The notes under the pieces were generated by a model that ran no database searches, had not been told where the DNA came from, and saw nothing but the letters and a program-made list of their open reading frames with translations. Positions 1 to 11,670 of a DNA stretch of 64,000 nt are shown piece after piece. Source of the stretch: Rhodosorus marinus CCMP1338. Taxonomy: Eukaryota > Plantae > Rhodophyta. Location: contig JAMWBK010000007.1 in assembly GCA_029953675.1 (NCBI GenBank), forward strand, positions 1,116,001-1,180,000. The letters are read 5' to 3'. Every line of letters starts with the position of its first letter. Position 1 is the first letter of the stretch. The position numbers and the translations under genes are program-made.

Positions 1-194
1 TCAGCGATAAGCAGAGCTCCCGTGTCTGTTTTGTAGCTCCAAGTGAGGCTTTGTTCGCTTTCGACGCGCTGACCAACCACGACTTGCTGCAGGACTGTGT
101 AGGCGACAGAAAAGAGCAGAAGACATTGGAGAAGGGTAAGGGACTGTTCCAGGCTCAACTCCGTTTCCAATCAGGAGCGCTGGTTTTCTCCTGC

Positions 195-1162
195 TCACCG
201 TGAAACGTCGCACAGAAACATGTCGACATGGGAACGTGGGCTTGTGCTTCGCGACCTTCGAGTAGGGTAGCAAGCCATGTTGTCGTACACGGTAGGAGAC
301 GCCCGAGATGCCGAAAACCACGTCAACTCGTGAACGAAAAGCCCTGCTTGGTTTCCTAGCAGGCTTCTGAGTTTCCTCACGAGCTCGTCCCTTCCAATCC
401 CGTGCCACAGATTTTTCAGAACGGCCTTTTCAAATTCTTCCACATGGGCAGTCCAGAAGATCGCCTGAAGATCCCGCCTGATCCACTCCCGAAGATTGCG
501 ATCCAAAAGCACAACGATACGGCCGCTGTGATATGCCCGTGGGTCAATGCACTGCTTGATACCCAGAGCATACTGACGAACAGATCAACGAAAAAAAGAG
601 GCATCAAACGGTAGCAAACATCAGCGAAAGCAAGAGTTGCAGTCTCTTCTGGAGGATAGGGTTCTCCGAGGGCATACCAATCTTTCCTTGTACACGATTC
701 TCCTCCAGAGGTGCTCTTCTCCAAGTCCCTGAGGGAGATCTTCCAGCATTGCGCTGCGGTATTCAGAGATCATGCTCTGTCGAGATTTTCTTCGCCACTC
801 CGTATGGCTAGGCGATCTTCTTTGCAAATTCACCACCGAGACCTCCCCGGTTCCTCTCTTAGTGTAGTAGAACGACTCAAGCGTCTTATTGCACAGCGGA
901 CAGGGTACGCGCTTCTTCCTCTTCGCCCACTCTTTCAGACAATCCGTACAGAACCTATACAAACACAACCAACGTCAGGTAACGAAGTCAGTAAGACAAG
1001 AGCACATTGCAGCAAAACGAAACCGCCTCCATGCGGCATGAAAAATAAACGGAACCCCACGTACTGATGAAAACATGGAAACGTCACCGCGAGCTTTTTC
1101 ATCTGCTCAAAGCAGATAGGGCAGACATCACTCTCGTCAACTCGCACTTCACTAATATCCAT
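195..1162 (-). CDS. C3HC4 RING E3 ubiquitin ligase, Topors/Psh1-like (3 exons)
   Basis: Exons 1162-1065, 954-678, 572-195 with GT-AG introns 955-1064 and 573-677. Splicing restores the RING (CPICF..FPCFHQFCTDC..CPLC). Downstream WRRIVYKERLYALG, LREWIRRDL and FVHELTWFS..YD resemble the Topors/Psh1 C-terminal region. Confidence 0.8.
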
Positions 1163-4100
1163 CTCACAACCTCGCGCTCCCCCCCACCGGCCAATTCTCA
1201 ATAAAATCGTTTCCTTTTACACTCCCCAAAAACTAAAACTCGAACGATCAATTCTCAAAATTTTCTAGTTTATCACGTCCTACAATATCAAAACTCCGAG
1301 CACACGTCCGTGCTCCCCAATTCCTCTCTCGACTCGCCAGTAGCTCGACGAAAACCAAAATTAGATCCAAAGCAAAACTTGTCTTGGCTTTTCCAACGGT
1401 GTTTCCTACTTGCCCTGAACTGCCTGCACAGGAACTCTTCCAAACCCAAACCACGGAACTGTTGTTTTCTCTCTCTCTCAAAGCAAAGCCTCTATGGACG
1501 TTTTCCTCATTCAATATCTCCTGGCATGGTGCTGGAAGTGGATATCGCTTCCCGCATTGTGAGTGTTGAGTGAGAATATCTTCGGAGATATCGACATGAT
1601 CTATGGAACGAGTAGCTAGTGGGCACACACACAGTCCTGGTGGTTTGTCTCGATGAAAGCTACTGTTTGTAAACGAGGCTTCCAAAAGCATATCTTATTG
1701 CGGGAAGGCGTCTCTTCTTCCGGATGAATGGTTAGAACTATTCGCTCAGATCACCTAACGGACATATTGCCCCACGGAACCGGGAAACACGCCATGGGAT
1801 TTCTACACTGCAAGGGCATCGGTTACTGATTTCTGTTTTCGTTTTCGTTTTTCTCTGGTCGGTAAGGTGATAACATTTACAGAGTCGAATCAATCGCCAC
1901 GTCCTTCAAGTCACGTTTGCGATCCACCATCAATAACCTGGCAATATAAGCGATTTCCGCTCCAGCGCTTATAACATGTCCGGACAGACCGCGCTTTTAA
2001 TTGGTACACAAGCTTCCACTAGAAACCAATACAAAGAGTTGGTATGGCAGCTACACAAAAAAATTAACTGCGAAGATCCGCTAGCCAAGCTGCTACCAAA
2101 AAAAGAAACCGTGTAAACTGAACTGTGAGCTCTGTGTCCACGGAGAAGAAGCTTAAGGTCAAGCAGGAGGAAAAGCGGAGATCTCCACCTTCCATAGCGT
2201 CTGAAGGCAACAGCAAATAGACTCAAAGGCAAAAAAAGATATCATGATTATGCCATGATTATGTCAAGTAGAGGCTTGAATGCAGGTGTAGAAAATATTT
2301 ATGGTACCGATGTAATCTAGTTTATGAACTTACTACTCTGTTATAGTCTGAAGTCCGCATCCACGGAAAAACTTTTGGTTGCGGCTTGGTTACTGGAGCA
2401 AATGTCACGTCCGGACGTTTCAAGGAACTTCGACTTGATGTCCTAGGACGTGGAAAGGGGAGTAACAATCGTGTGACTAGTCTCGTTTGCAAAACAGCAG
2501 CTTTTCTGGGCCTCTCATAGATGCGAAGTGGAACCAGGAGCTGCACCACCATCGCGTCTCGTTCATGGAGGGAAACGCTTCATGTTGCTGTCTCAGAGCT
2601 ATCTGCTTTGTTTTCTGAAGCCTAACTGCAGCGCAAGTGCCTTTCTCCCCGCTTGGGCCATCGAAGTCTTCGGATTCGTAGAGAGCTCTAATCGCAACTT
2701 GGCCAGGGGACTTTCTTCTTGACACACCGTCGCGTCTTCTCTTTTCCTTGACCTTCATGCTGAGGTGCTCTAAGGTTAGCCTACTTCTTAGAGGTCAGCA
2801 TTCTCTGCTTGCTCATGTTTCGTACCCCTCAGGGTTGCTGGCTCTGACGCAACAACGTTTTCTCTTCTTTGGTTGCGCAGCCTCCACAAGTCCTGACGAT
2901 CTAAATCGACATCCCCCTAGATTTAGATATAAAAAGACCAAAAAAAGAAGAATCAGAAACTTGGAAGGGGGGGTATCCGGATAAATAAATTCATATATGC
3001 TTTTTGTAAAACTTTTCGTAGATTCATTTGCTGATAGGTTGATTTTCTCCTTTTTTGATTGAACATCTATCAGCTCGGCGAGAAAATCTGGATATGGGAC
3101 ACTGGTTTCTGTTGCCTTTTTTTTTTCTACTAATACCTTTTGAGGCGTGGGACATTTTCCAGTAGGCTATTATTTGTTTATTATTCAAAGTTTTGATGGG
3201 ACAAAATGGGAAGTTTGCTCTCGATCTGGTCGGGGGATCGAAAAGGAATCGATACATGGAACGGGGCAGCGTCTCTTCTGGATAGCGACTGAGATACTTA
3301 CCAGCCTTCACTTTTCCTTGAAGGGGTAAGGCCTTGGCAATAAGGAACGAACGATCTATTTAGATAGGGGCTCGCATGGGATGTATTTCTCAGTATGATC
3401 CCGCAGGAATGTGAATTCATGGCTATCAACTGGTTTTCCGACATGCTAATGTAGTTCGAAAAGAAGTGATCGGCTATGCTCTTCATGGTATCTGCCACTT
3501 GCGCAAGGAAGCTTCCAATGTTTTTCAGGGTTTCAACTTCTCGGGCTGGAAAGGGCAGCTGGGATAAACGTTTCTTGGTTGACTATTTCGGGAGGGAACG
3601 ACGGCAGAAGCCTTCCAAACATCGACCGTGGCGTGTGCCGTTAGGGTTGAAACCTATTTGGACCTGGTTAGTTTTGCTACGTCAATCTCTTTTTGGCCAG
3701 GTCTATTGATAGCCAAGGCGCCATAGATACCCTCCTCCATCCCTAGCGGGTTCCAATCGAGACTTCGGATTTAAATTGTTCACGGATCCGACTTGTACGT
3801 TCCACCAAACCACAAGCCCAAAATACCCACCACCACCACATCCACCTCCACCCATACCGCTGCTTATTGCAAGGCCCCCAGGGTACTTAAATAGGCTTAC
3901 ACAACTGTCCGGAGTCACAACAAACCACCTCGGCATGAACCAACCCGAACCTCCGGCCACTCAAGGTAGAATCTTACAGCCCGAGACGTGTGGACATCTC
4001 CAACTTCTTGTGCATTGAGAATCCCTTGGTCTTCGAAAATCCATGCGCGGCAATGATGCATTGTTTCTGCTTTCTCTTCCTAGTTGTTTCTTCTATGTTT

Positions 4101-4262
4101 TGATCTCCTTATAGCGTCTCGTAAGCTTATCAAAGAGGACTGAACCTCCTGGTCCTCTTCATAAGTCGATTTCTCGATCGCATCATGCAAGTCCTCAAGA
4201 GTGGCCTCAAGGCGGTCTGATGCATCACCTGATTTACGAGCGCGATTGCCATTTAAAACGTA

Positions 4263-5786
4263 TCAGCTGGCTGCCAAAAGACCGCGTCCAGGTTTTTGGA
4301 GCATCCAAGACAATGATCGCCTTTCGCTACCTTCGTCGGGAGGATCACCTCCCGCTTCTTCAGCCGCCATTTTGTCAAAATCGTCTTGAATAAGGTATTC
4401 AGACTCCAGCATCTCCTCAACCATAGCCTCAATCAAGTCCTCCCCCGAGCTTCCATCTCGGGCGTTACCTTCCGCTTCCGTTGCGTCCTCGGGAGGAAGC
4501 TGCTTGACACAATCACAAACTCAGTGATAACCTGAGGATAGTTGCAGAGAAAACGGACGATCGCTTCAGCTGTAGCGTCCCATTGTCCGTCCGGCAGAGC
4601 GACGAGTCTGTCCGCAGAACGCTGTTTCAGCCGGGAGCATCGCCTGCTTGTCCCGACAACTAGAAGACCTCTGTTTAGTTGGCGTGGCTGGGCTCACTCT
4701 CTTTCGATACTGATGACGGTATCTGGTTTTGAAGTACTTGAAAATTTTGTAAGAGTCACGGAGTGCAGGTATGGTCGGTTGGAATCTATCGTGGTAGGCG
4801 ATGACCTGGGCGCTTGCAAGGTGCAGCCTGTCCAGTACTTCAGGGAATGTCTTTGAGGGCGATTGCAGACGGAGCAGATAGTTGGGCTCGAAACTCGGTT
4901 TCGAGTAGGCAAATGATATGGATATTCTCGGTCTGACATCAGGTCCCTTCCGGCCACGGCTTCCCCAGTGAATGATTCGATGGGAGAAGATGGCAGCACC
5001 ACCAGCCTAGACGATGGGAATACTCAGGAATCTGATTCTTCGCGAATCCAAAAGGACGTTTGCTCGAGCAGATTCAGAAGTTTTCAATACCTGTAAAGGA
5101 ACTGCTCGAATGCTTTGGTAGTCGTCCTTCTTTTTTAGAGCTCGTTGAAGAGGATCCTCAGTGTCCAGATCTCCAGTCATGTACCCCGGATCCGCATGCT
5201 TCGGGATGACGTAGAGACAAGAGTTGTCTGGGGTTGCGTCGGTTAAAGCCACCCAACAAGTATGGTACTGTGGACTAACTCGAGCAAAGTTGAAGCCTTT
5301 GCCGTAGGCGAACGAGAGCTCAACGTCTTCAGGTTGCCGATCTCGATGAGGAGTGAATCCTGCATCATCCTTGTTCGGGTCGATCACCCAGACTAGTACA
5401 TCTCCGTTGAACTCGTTCTCGGGAGCAGCGCTCGATTGGACCAGCTTGGTGAGTGCTTTAACCAACATCCAGACCTCATCGTATAGGATCAAAAAGGTGG
5501 GAGGCATGTTGTATTCTGCTAGCCTCTGAGCTCCGCGAGCGAGTCGATTGATCAGTTCGTTGTCTTCCAGAACCCTGTCCACAGAGAAGAACCCTTCTTC
5601 TTCCAGCCTGCTCACATAGTCCTGACTTGGTTCCGCTCCTGGCACAACCTCCAGCGTTCTCTCAGAATACTGTTTGTCACCGATGTGCAGATCCGGGTTC
5701 TTCTCTTTGAACCACTTGATCTTGCCCTCAACATAGGCAACCATCTTCTCCCGTTCTTCATCATCATCTCGATTCTTCTCCTTCAT
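4263..5786 (-). CDS. Phytanoyl-CoA dioxygenase-like (PhyH) 2OG-Fe(II) oxygenase; last exon unresolved
   Basis: Exon 1 5786-5091 has the HxD motif (FTPHRDRQ) and TCWVALTDATPDNSCLYVIP. Intron 5007-5090 joins to AGGAAIFSHRIIHWGS..RISISF, giving the distal His and the Arg. A GTGAGC donor lies at 4697. An acidic open frame (PPEDATEAE..EEMLESE) ends at 4263, but its acceptor is uncertain. Confidence 0.75.
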
Positions 5787-7483
5787 ACCACTCTCTCCAA
5801 GTCAAAAGAAAACATTTCCAGGTCGATCGACTTGTCGTCTTCTTCTTCAAACCATTCCTAAGCCGCAAGAGAACTCCGGAAACAAAGTCACAAACTACCA
5901 AGACAACAGTCTTGCCGATCTCATCGTCCTCAGCATCACCTAGTGCTATTCCTAAGCCATCTTCTCAGCGCTTTCTCAAGATTTAATACCTTCAGTTATT
6001 CACACTGCTAACATGTGGCGCAGTTGTCACAACTAGTGGAAGCGCGATAAACCCAAGTTGAGCATAAGGCTGACATCCATTCCGAGCATCAATCTGGGTG
6101 TTGTGTACCTGAACAGAATGTCTATGTCCCCTCTGCGAAGCTGAGTAGAACGGGTTGAAGCGCATAATCTCGGCCTGTTGACAAATTATGATCTACCTGG
6201 TTTGGGGAACGCTTCTAGGAATCCAAGCCCAAAGGAGTTTCCTCGCGTTTCACGCACACGGCCAGGTTTGGTCATGCTGTTCGTGAATGCTACGCTCTCG
6301 TGAGGGGCGGCTCGGGATCTTCATGACGCTGATCAGCGATGATGTTAGTGTTTGGCATCTGGGAAGCCAAAACCGTTCGTCGCTGTTAGAGAAGAAAGGC
6401 ATCGCTCAACATGGACGCGGAGGTAGAGCTGACCAGCAGAAAGAACAGGGCTCAAACGTAAAGGCCAAACCGAACAAAAAAACGATTTGCTTTGTGCAGA
6501 TCGAGCTTTCCCGTTGGGGGCTTCTTCTCAAAAATTCCTGGGCGAATTCGGTCCTGGGCTTTAATGCTAAAGCCAGAGATTATTCTTCCCTTCCCTCCTC
6601 TCCTGGGCGCGCCTCTACCTATCGTCTTGTCCCAAAGCACAACCAATACTCAATCCCAAAGGCGACAGTACTCTTTTTTCACAAAATAATATCCAATAGC
6701 CGAATACTTCATCCAATTGAAGGGAGTCTATGCTTCACAAACCTAAAACAAACAAATTCATGTATCCCTTTACCAATCACATATCTATACATATCTTTAT
6801 ATAGTTCTATTGGTAACTATTATCAACATTTTAGTACTATTTCATACATCTCCCTTATTACTTCTTTTATATATATCCAAGAACATTAAATACTAATCCA
6901 TAATTCCATGTTTCATTCTCGTCATCCCTATCTCAAAGATGTGTGGTCAAATACGTCAGAATTCACTCAAACCCGAAAAAAGATTTTCAAAATTCCAGTC
7001 GTCCAATAGTTATTCACTTAAATACTAATATTAAAAACTAATAGTGCAATAAATACTCTAAATAGGTATATCTTGATGAAAATGTCAAATATTTCAAGAT
7101 ATTTATCTGATATTTGTATTAGAGTTGAATCGATCAAAAAGGGAAAAAGAAAAAGGGGTTTTCGACTTTTTTGGGGGGGGGTTGAAATTTGTTTTTTAAT
7201 TTGATTGCGGAGGATGCGGCAGTGGAGTTGGAGGTGACAATGAGGAGGGATTGGATTTGAGATTGGATTTGGTATGGATTTCTGGAGGTGTTTAGCGCAG
7301 CAGCAACTTTGGTACATATGAACAGGTTGGGATGGTGTAATTTAGTGTGGAGTCGAGGTGAGAGCTGGTAGGCGAGAGAGGAACTGGAAATAAGAGGAAG
7401 TTAGAAAATTTTCTGGAGTGTTTTGTTTTGTCGGAGTGCTGGGGGGACTAGGGTGGGGGGAGGTGGGGCCCAGGAGAGAAAGA

Positions 7484-8099
7484 ATGGCTTTTGTTGGAAG
7501 TAGTTCTGCTGTTGTTGGTAGAGGAGTGGGTAGGAGCGATGTAGTAATGTGCGGGAGAGGGCGGCAGGGTGTGGTGATGTCGCTTTCGAGAAGGGATATC
7601 ATCTCACTTGGTGCTCTGGCGGCTTTGGTGCCTTCTTTTGCGTTTGCGGAGGAGGGGGGTATTGCGCCTGCGACGAAAGCTGCGCCGACCAAGGTTTCTG
7701 GAAATTATGCTGATGGTATGGTTTGGATCAAGTTTTGGGGTAGAGGTTTGGGCTTACCGTACTAACTTTAGCGTTACTTTTGCTGTTTTTATCTGGGCCA
7801 CAGATGCGAAGAACGTGTTGGACAATATGATAAACGTGTGCAGCTTTAAGAAGGGAACTCCGGGGATGAGCGACGTCGTTGCTGATGTGAGAAAGGAAAT
7901 GAACGACTTTGTAGCACGGTATCGACGAAACAACAATGTCAACGGATCGGCATCGTTCAACACCCTCTATACCGCGATAAACACGCTCAGCGGTCACTAC
8001 GCGTCTTATGGAAACAACTACCCGGTCCCCGAGAAGCGCAAGAAGAGACTGACACAGCAGTTTGCAGAAATCGACAAAGCCCTGAAGCGGGGTCGCTAG
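7484..8099 (+). CDS. psb27: Photosystem II assembly/repair protein Psb27, nuclear-encoded (2 exons)
   Basis: MAFV transit peptide and an SRR..AFA lumenal (Tat-type) signal. Intron 7716-7803 has a TACTAAC branch point. Mature domain contains MNDFVARYRR..SFNTLYTAINTLSGHYASYGNNYPVPEKRKKRL. Confidence 0.93.
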
Positions 8100-8601
8100 G
8101 GGTTACCAAACTTTCGCTAGGAACTTGTGAAAGGCGCGGCCTAACGCTGTGGTTCTCGTCCGCGACAGTTCCTCGATATCTGTTTGCTAACCAAGTTCGC
8201 AAAAGAAACTAGAACAGAAAAATCCTCTCGCTATAAAACAGAAATCCCAATCAAAGAAATGAGAATGCTGGCATTGTGAAACCGGATTGGACCTATCTGC
8301 CCGAAAGCTGTCGCAACTGCTCTAGCTTGAGTAAATGCCTCCGAACAATACGAATATATACAGGGACATGGCATCATCCTCCGCGAGCTGAAGGTTTGAG
8401 GTTGCTCGCGAGTCTTGCGGTCAGGCAAAAGACTTAAAAAGCAAGTTAACTTTAATTACACTACTTATACAAGGGTACCCTTTGCCCTGGTCCTTTCACA
8501 GTATCCTGTTCACAACTGCTATCGATATCAAGGCAAGGAGAATCCGTCCCTCCACGGTGACTCTTGGTACGTGGTCTATGCAAAAAAATATTCTTTTCCG
8601 T

Positions 8602-11600
8602 TCAGTTGTGAGCCAGCGGTGGTGGTGGTGGTGGAGGCATAGGTGCCGCCGAAGTTGTCGGGCTTGCAGGGACGAACGCTGGCGGCGGAGGAGGTGGCGC
8701 CATTGTCGCCAAAGTTGTCGGGCTCGCGGGGACGAGCGCTGGCGGCGAAGGAGGTGGCGCCATTGTCGATGTTGTCTTCAAAGATGGCGGAGGTGGCGGT
8801 GGCGCAAGAAACTCGACTCGTGGCGACATCCTCAGAGGTGGTGGCGGCGGCGGCGCAAGAAACTCAACAACCTTTGGCGGTGATGATATCGTTGGCGGCG
8901 GCGGCGGCGGCGGCGCAAGAAATTCAACAACCTTTGGCGATGATAATATCGTTGAGGGTGGTGGCCGCGGCGACAAGGCCGGGGGCGGTGGTGGGCGAAT
9001 CTTTACCGATGTGACTGTGGTACATTCTCCTCCCATCTCACTCTCGCCGTTAGGGATTTCTTCGTGGTCGTTGGGTACAGATTGATTGCTCGCCTGTCCA
9101 TCTCCCAGCGCATCTCCGTTTCCGGCATCAGTACATTTGCTCCCGTGAGAAAGGGCAAAACTCGGAGTTGAGCTGACCTTCGACATTGACTTCTCCTCGT
9201 AGAAGATCCACTCATCCCCAACCGACCGCAGGGATTCACTCAGCCTACGGTCATCACGTACTTTTCTAAATTGAGTAACGAATTGGTCCAGAGCTACAAA
9301 AATTTCCACAACCGTGCTCGCTTTGTTACACGCGGGAAGGTAATGCAAGATTCCATCCGCGCATTCATTCATCGCGTTAATCGATTCTCGTAATTCTTCC
9401 CGAGCAGGTTCTGCCTCCTCCAGCCAATCAGCCATCTCCGCAGCAAACGCAAGTCCGCCGCTTTCATTTCTGCACTGCTGAACCTCGGCTTCCGCATCAC
9501 AAACAGATTTCAAAACCTGGTCACCCCGCGCTACGATCGCTTTGTGGTCCAGGGTCGCGGCATCCCTCAGGCTTGGTATCTCCGAGTCGAACTCGAGAAT
9601 CCCCGGCATCTTCTTGCGCAAGACGGCAACCGCGTAATCAAGAAGTGTGAAACGTCCCATACTTGCCCTCGTGTTCACCATGGTAGGCAGGTTTAGGATC
9701 GAAAACCCGCGCGCGTTTCCCTTTGCTGTACCCGCGTTCATTGTATTGCCCAAGGCCAGCGCGAACTCTAGAAGGCAATGGAACTTATTCGCCTCGGCAA
9801 GTTCTTGACAGGCCCGCCTCACTAGGCTTGAATCTGCGACGGTGGACGTAACCGAATTTTGAAAGTGGAACGACAGGCACATTGCCTCAGCCTTTCGTGG
9901 CAGTCTTTGCACCATGGCAAATCGCACGAACAATTGCTCCGCCACATGCAGACCATCGATGCTTGCAAGGTCGAAACTCTCCCTCCCAATCGTGTCAAGC
10001 TCATCCTCCGTCGGCAAAATCGGGAGGAGTAGCGTAAGTGACTCTTCGTCGAACATCTCCCGATTCGCGGTGTTGAGCCCATTAACCAACTCCTCCAAGC
10101 TCATGCGTCGGAACTTCGCGAGGACTATTTCCACGTTTCGAGCTCTCTTGGAATCGAGATACCGCAAGGTAGACGACGGTTCCGTTTCGTTCGAGAATCC
10201 CGGCTCGTTCTTCCCTGGTGTAACTCCGAAGTAACGTACGAGCTCGTTCTTATCCGGGAACCACGAGCCGGCGACAATCCATTCCCACAAGGATCCTTTG
10301 ATGGACTTGGGCGGGACCTTGTTCCAATGGAATCTCTTTGTTGGGAGACTTTCTGATCGAGCAAATTCATCGTCAAGGTTCTGCACTACTGAGTTGGAGC
10401 CATACATAGACCCTGGAGTTCGGAGTTGATCTGTCCCATCCTTCGCCATACCACCGGCCCCTGGTGTCCTAGATCTCCCTAATTGTCGTTTGGCAGCTTC
10501 AGCCTTTTTCTTCTCGACCGCCTTGAGAGTCAGTTCGCTGGTATCCCGCAAATTCTTGATCTTTTTCGACAATGCGGGACTCAACCCCTCAACGTTTGAG
10601 AGCATATCCAGCGCCTCCGTTATAGAGTCGGCACTAGCGCCGTCCTGTTGAAGCAAACCCTGAATTGCTGAAAGCAGCGAAACCGCCTTGTTGTGGCTAG
10701 AGGTCTCCTCTTCCAGTCTTGAGGTGCGAAGCTCGACCATGTCCCTCTCCAGCTCACGGCATCTCTCCTCGCTTGCTATGAGAGCATTCTCTAGCATCCT
10801 AACATTAGCTTCCTGCGCAGCAACGGCATCCAAAGCTTCCTTCAGGTTTGCTCGAGCCTGATTTTCGCCCTTTACGCCCACGTTCAGCTCCTTCACGTTT
10901 TCGTATGCCTCCCAATCCTCCCCCCAGTTCGCCGTTCGAATTTCGGCGTTACAGTACCAGAGATCCATCTGCTCTTCACGTGACATACCCTCGTACTCCG
11001 GGCCAATCGACAGGACCTTGTAGTCGAAGGCTTGCTCAATTGTTGAGGACCGGAATGTGACAACGATGTCCCAGACATTTCCTGGGTTCCAGTTCATGCG
11101 CCGGGCACAGACCGGGTCCCAGCCGCCAATCTCGTCAGGCTCACCCAGAATGTAGAGGTTCTGCCCATACGCCAGGTTTTGCGGGATTCTCAGGCGGGCC
11201 GGTTCATACCGGTCGTCAAAGTCTGACCTACCCAAGAAGACGTCGCTTGTGTGCAGCACTGCCTTTCTGTTGAACCTATTTTCCCATCGAATAGAAATAT
11301 TCGGATCGAATTGTCCGTCGTTTGCTTGGGCAAAATATCTATATTCAAAGTTGGATTCCCTGCTCGCTGCCGCGCCAAAGTCCACGGTGATATCCCACTG
11401 GTAATCCCCTGCCAAATCATCCAGTGAATGGACCAAAGGCAGGGCCCTCTCCACGTTCCATTCTCCCAACTCGGGTACGGATCCAATAATATAAACTCTC
11501 TCGCCAAACCTCGTTCCAAAATTTACACTGAACCGCAGAGTGATAACTCTATTGTTCTCGTCCGGAGTAATCACCACCTGGTTTGCATCCTCCGATGATG

Positions 11601-11670
11601 ATGTCAGCCCACTTGTCTCGTCATCAGAATCCTCCATAGTTGCAAACTCCCAAGAATTGTCCTCCGACAT
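8602..11670 (-). CDS. Formin (FH2) with two N-terminal CBM20 starch-binding domains, a coiled coil and a C-terminal poly-proline region; single exon, about 1022 aa
   Basis: First ATG is at 11670 (MSEDN). CBM20-1: LRFSVNFGTRFGERVYIIGSVPELGEWN..QWDITV..FEYRY..IRWE. CBM20-2: LAYGQNLYILGEPDEIGGWD..GNVWDIVV..FDYKV. FH2: FHWNKV..SLWE, LDSKRARNVEIVL, LLPILPTEDE, LALGNTMNAG..ARGF. About 7 poly-Pro tracts follow FH2. Confidence 0.9.
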   Translation of the reverse strand: MSEDNSWEFATMEDSDDETSGLTSSSEDANQVVITPDENNRVITLRFSVNFGTRFGERVYIIGSVPELGEWNVERALPLVHSLDDLAGDYQWDITVDFGAAASRESNFEYRYFAQANDGQFDPNISIRWENRFNRKAVLHTSDVFLGRSDFDDRYEPARLRIPQNLAYGQNLYILGEPDEIGGWDPVCARRMNWNPGNVWDIVVTFRSSTIEQAFDYKVLSIGPEYEGMSREEQMDLWYCNAEIRTANWGEDWEAYENVKELNVGVKGENQARANLKEALDAVAAQEANVRMLENALIASEERCRELERDMVELRTSRLEEETSSHNKAVSLLSAIQGLLQQDGASADSITEALDMLSNVEGLSPALSKKIKNLRDTSELTLKAVEKKKAEAAKRQLGRSRTPGAGGMAKDGTDQLRTPGSMYGSNSVVQNLDDEFARSESLPTKRFHWNKVPPKSIKGSLWEWIVAGSWFPDKNELVRYFGVTPGKNEPGFSNETEPSSTLRYLDSKRARNVEIVLAKFRRMSLEELVNGLNTANREMFDEESLTLLLPILPTEDELDTIGRESFDLASIDGLHVAEQLFVRFAMVQRLPRKAEAMCLSFHFQNSVTSTVADSSLVRRACQELAEANKFHCLLEFALALGNTMNAGTAKGNARGFSILNLPTMVNTRASMGRFTLLDYAVAVLRKKMPGILEFDSEIPSLRDAATLDHKAIVARGDQVLKSVCDAEAEVQQCRNESGGLAFAAEMADWLEEAEPAREELRESINAMNECADGILHYLPACNKASTVVEIFVALDQFVTQFRKVRDDRRLSESLRSVGDEWIFYEEKSMSKVSSTPSFALSHGSKCTDAGNGDALGDGQASNQSVPNDHEEIPNGESEMGGECTTVTSVKIRPPPPPALSPRPPPSTILSSPKVVEFLAPPPPPPPTISSPPKVVEFLAPPPPPPLRMSPRVEFLAPPPPPPSLKTTSTMAPPPSPPALVPASPTTLATMAPPPPPPAFVPASPTTSAAPMPPPPPPPLAHN
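8610..9000 (-). repeat. Coding tandem repeats in the formin Pro-rich tail: (K/R)(V)VEFLAPPPPPP x3 and (T/P)MAPPP..A(L/F)VPASPT-type units
   Basis: Near-identical DNA blocks on the + strand, e.g. ggcggcggcgcaagaaa(c/t)tc three times and gaggtggcgccattgtc twice. Confidence 0.85.

Noticed and set aside
8482-9014. + strand Arg/Trp- and Ala-rich ORFs
   Set aside because: Shadows of the formin poly-Pro codons.
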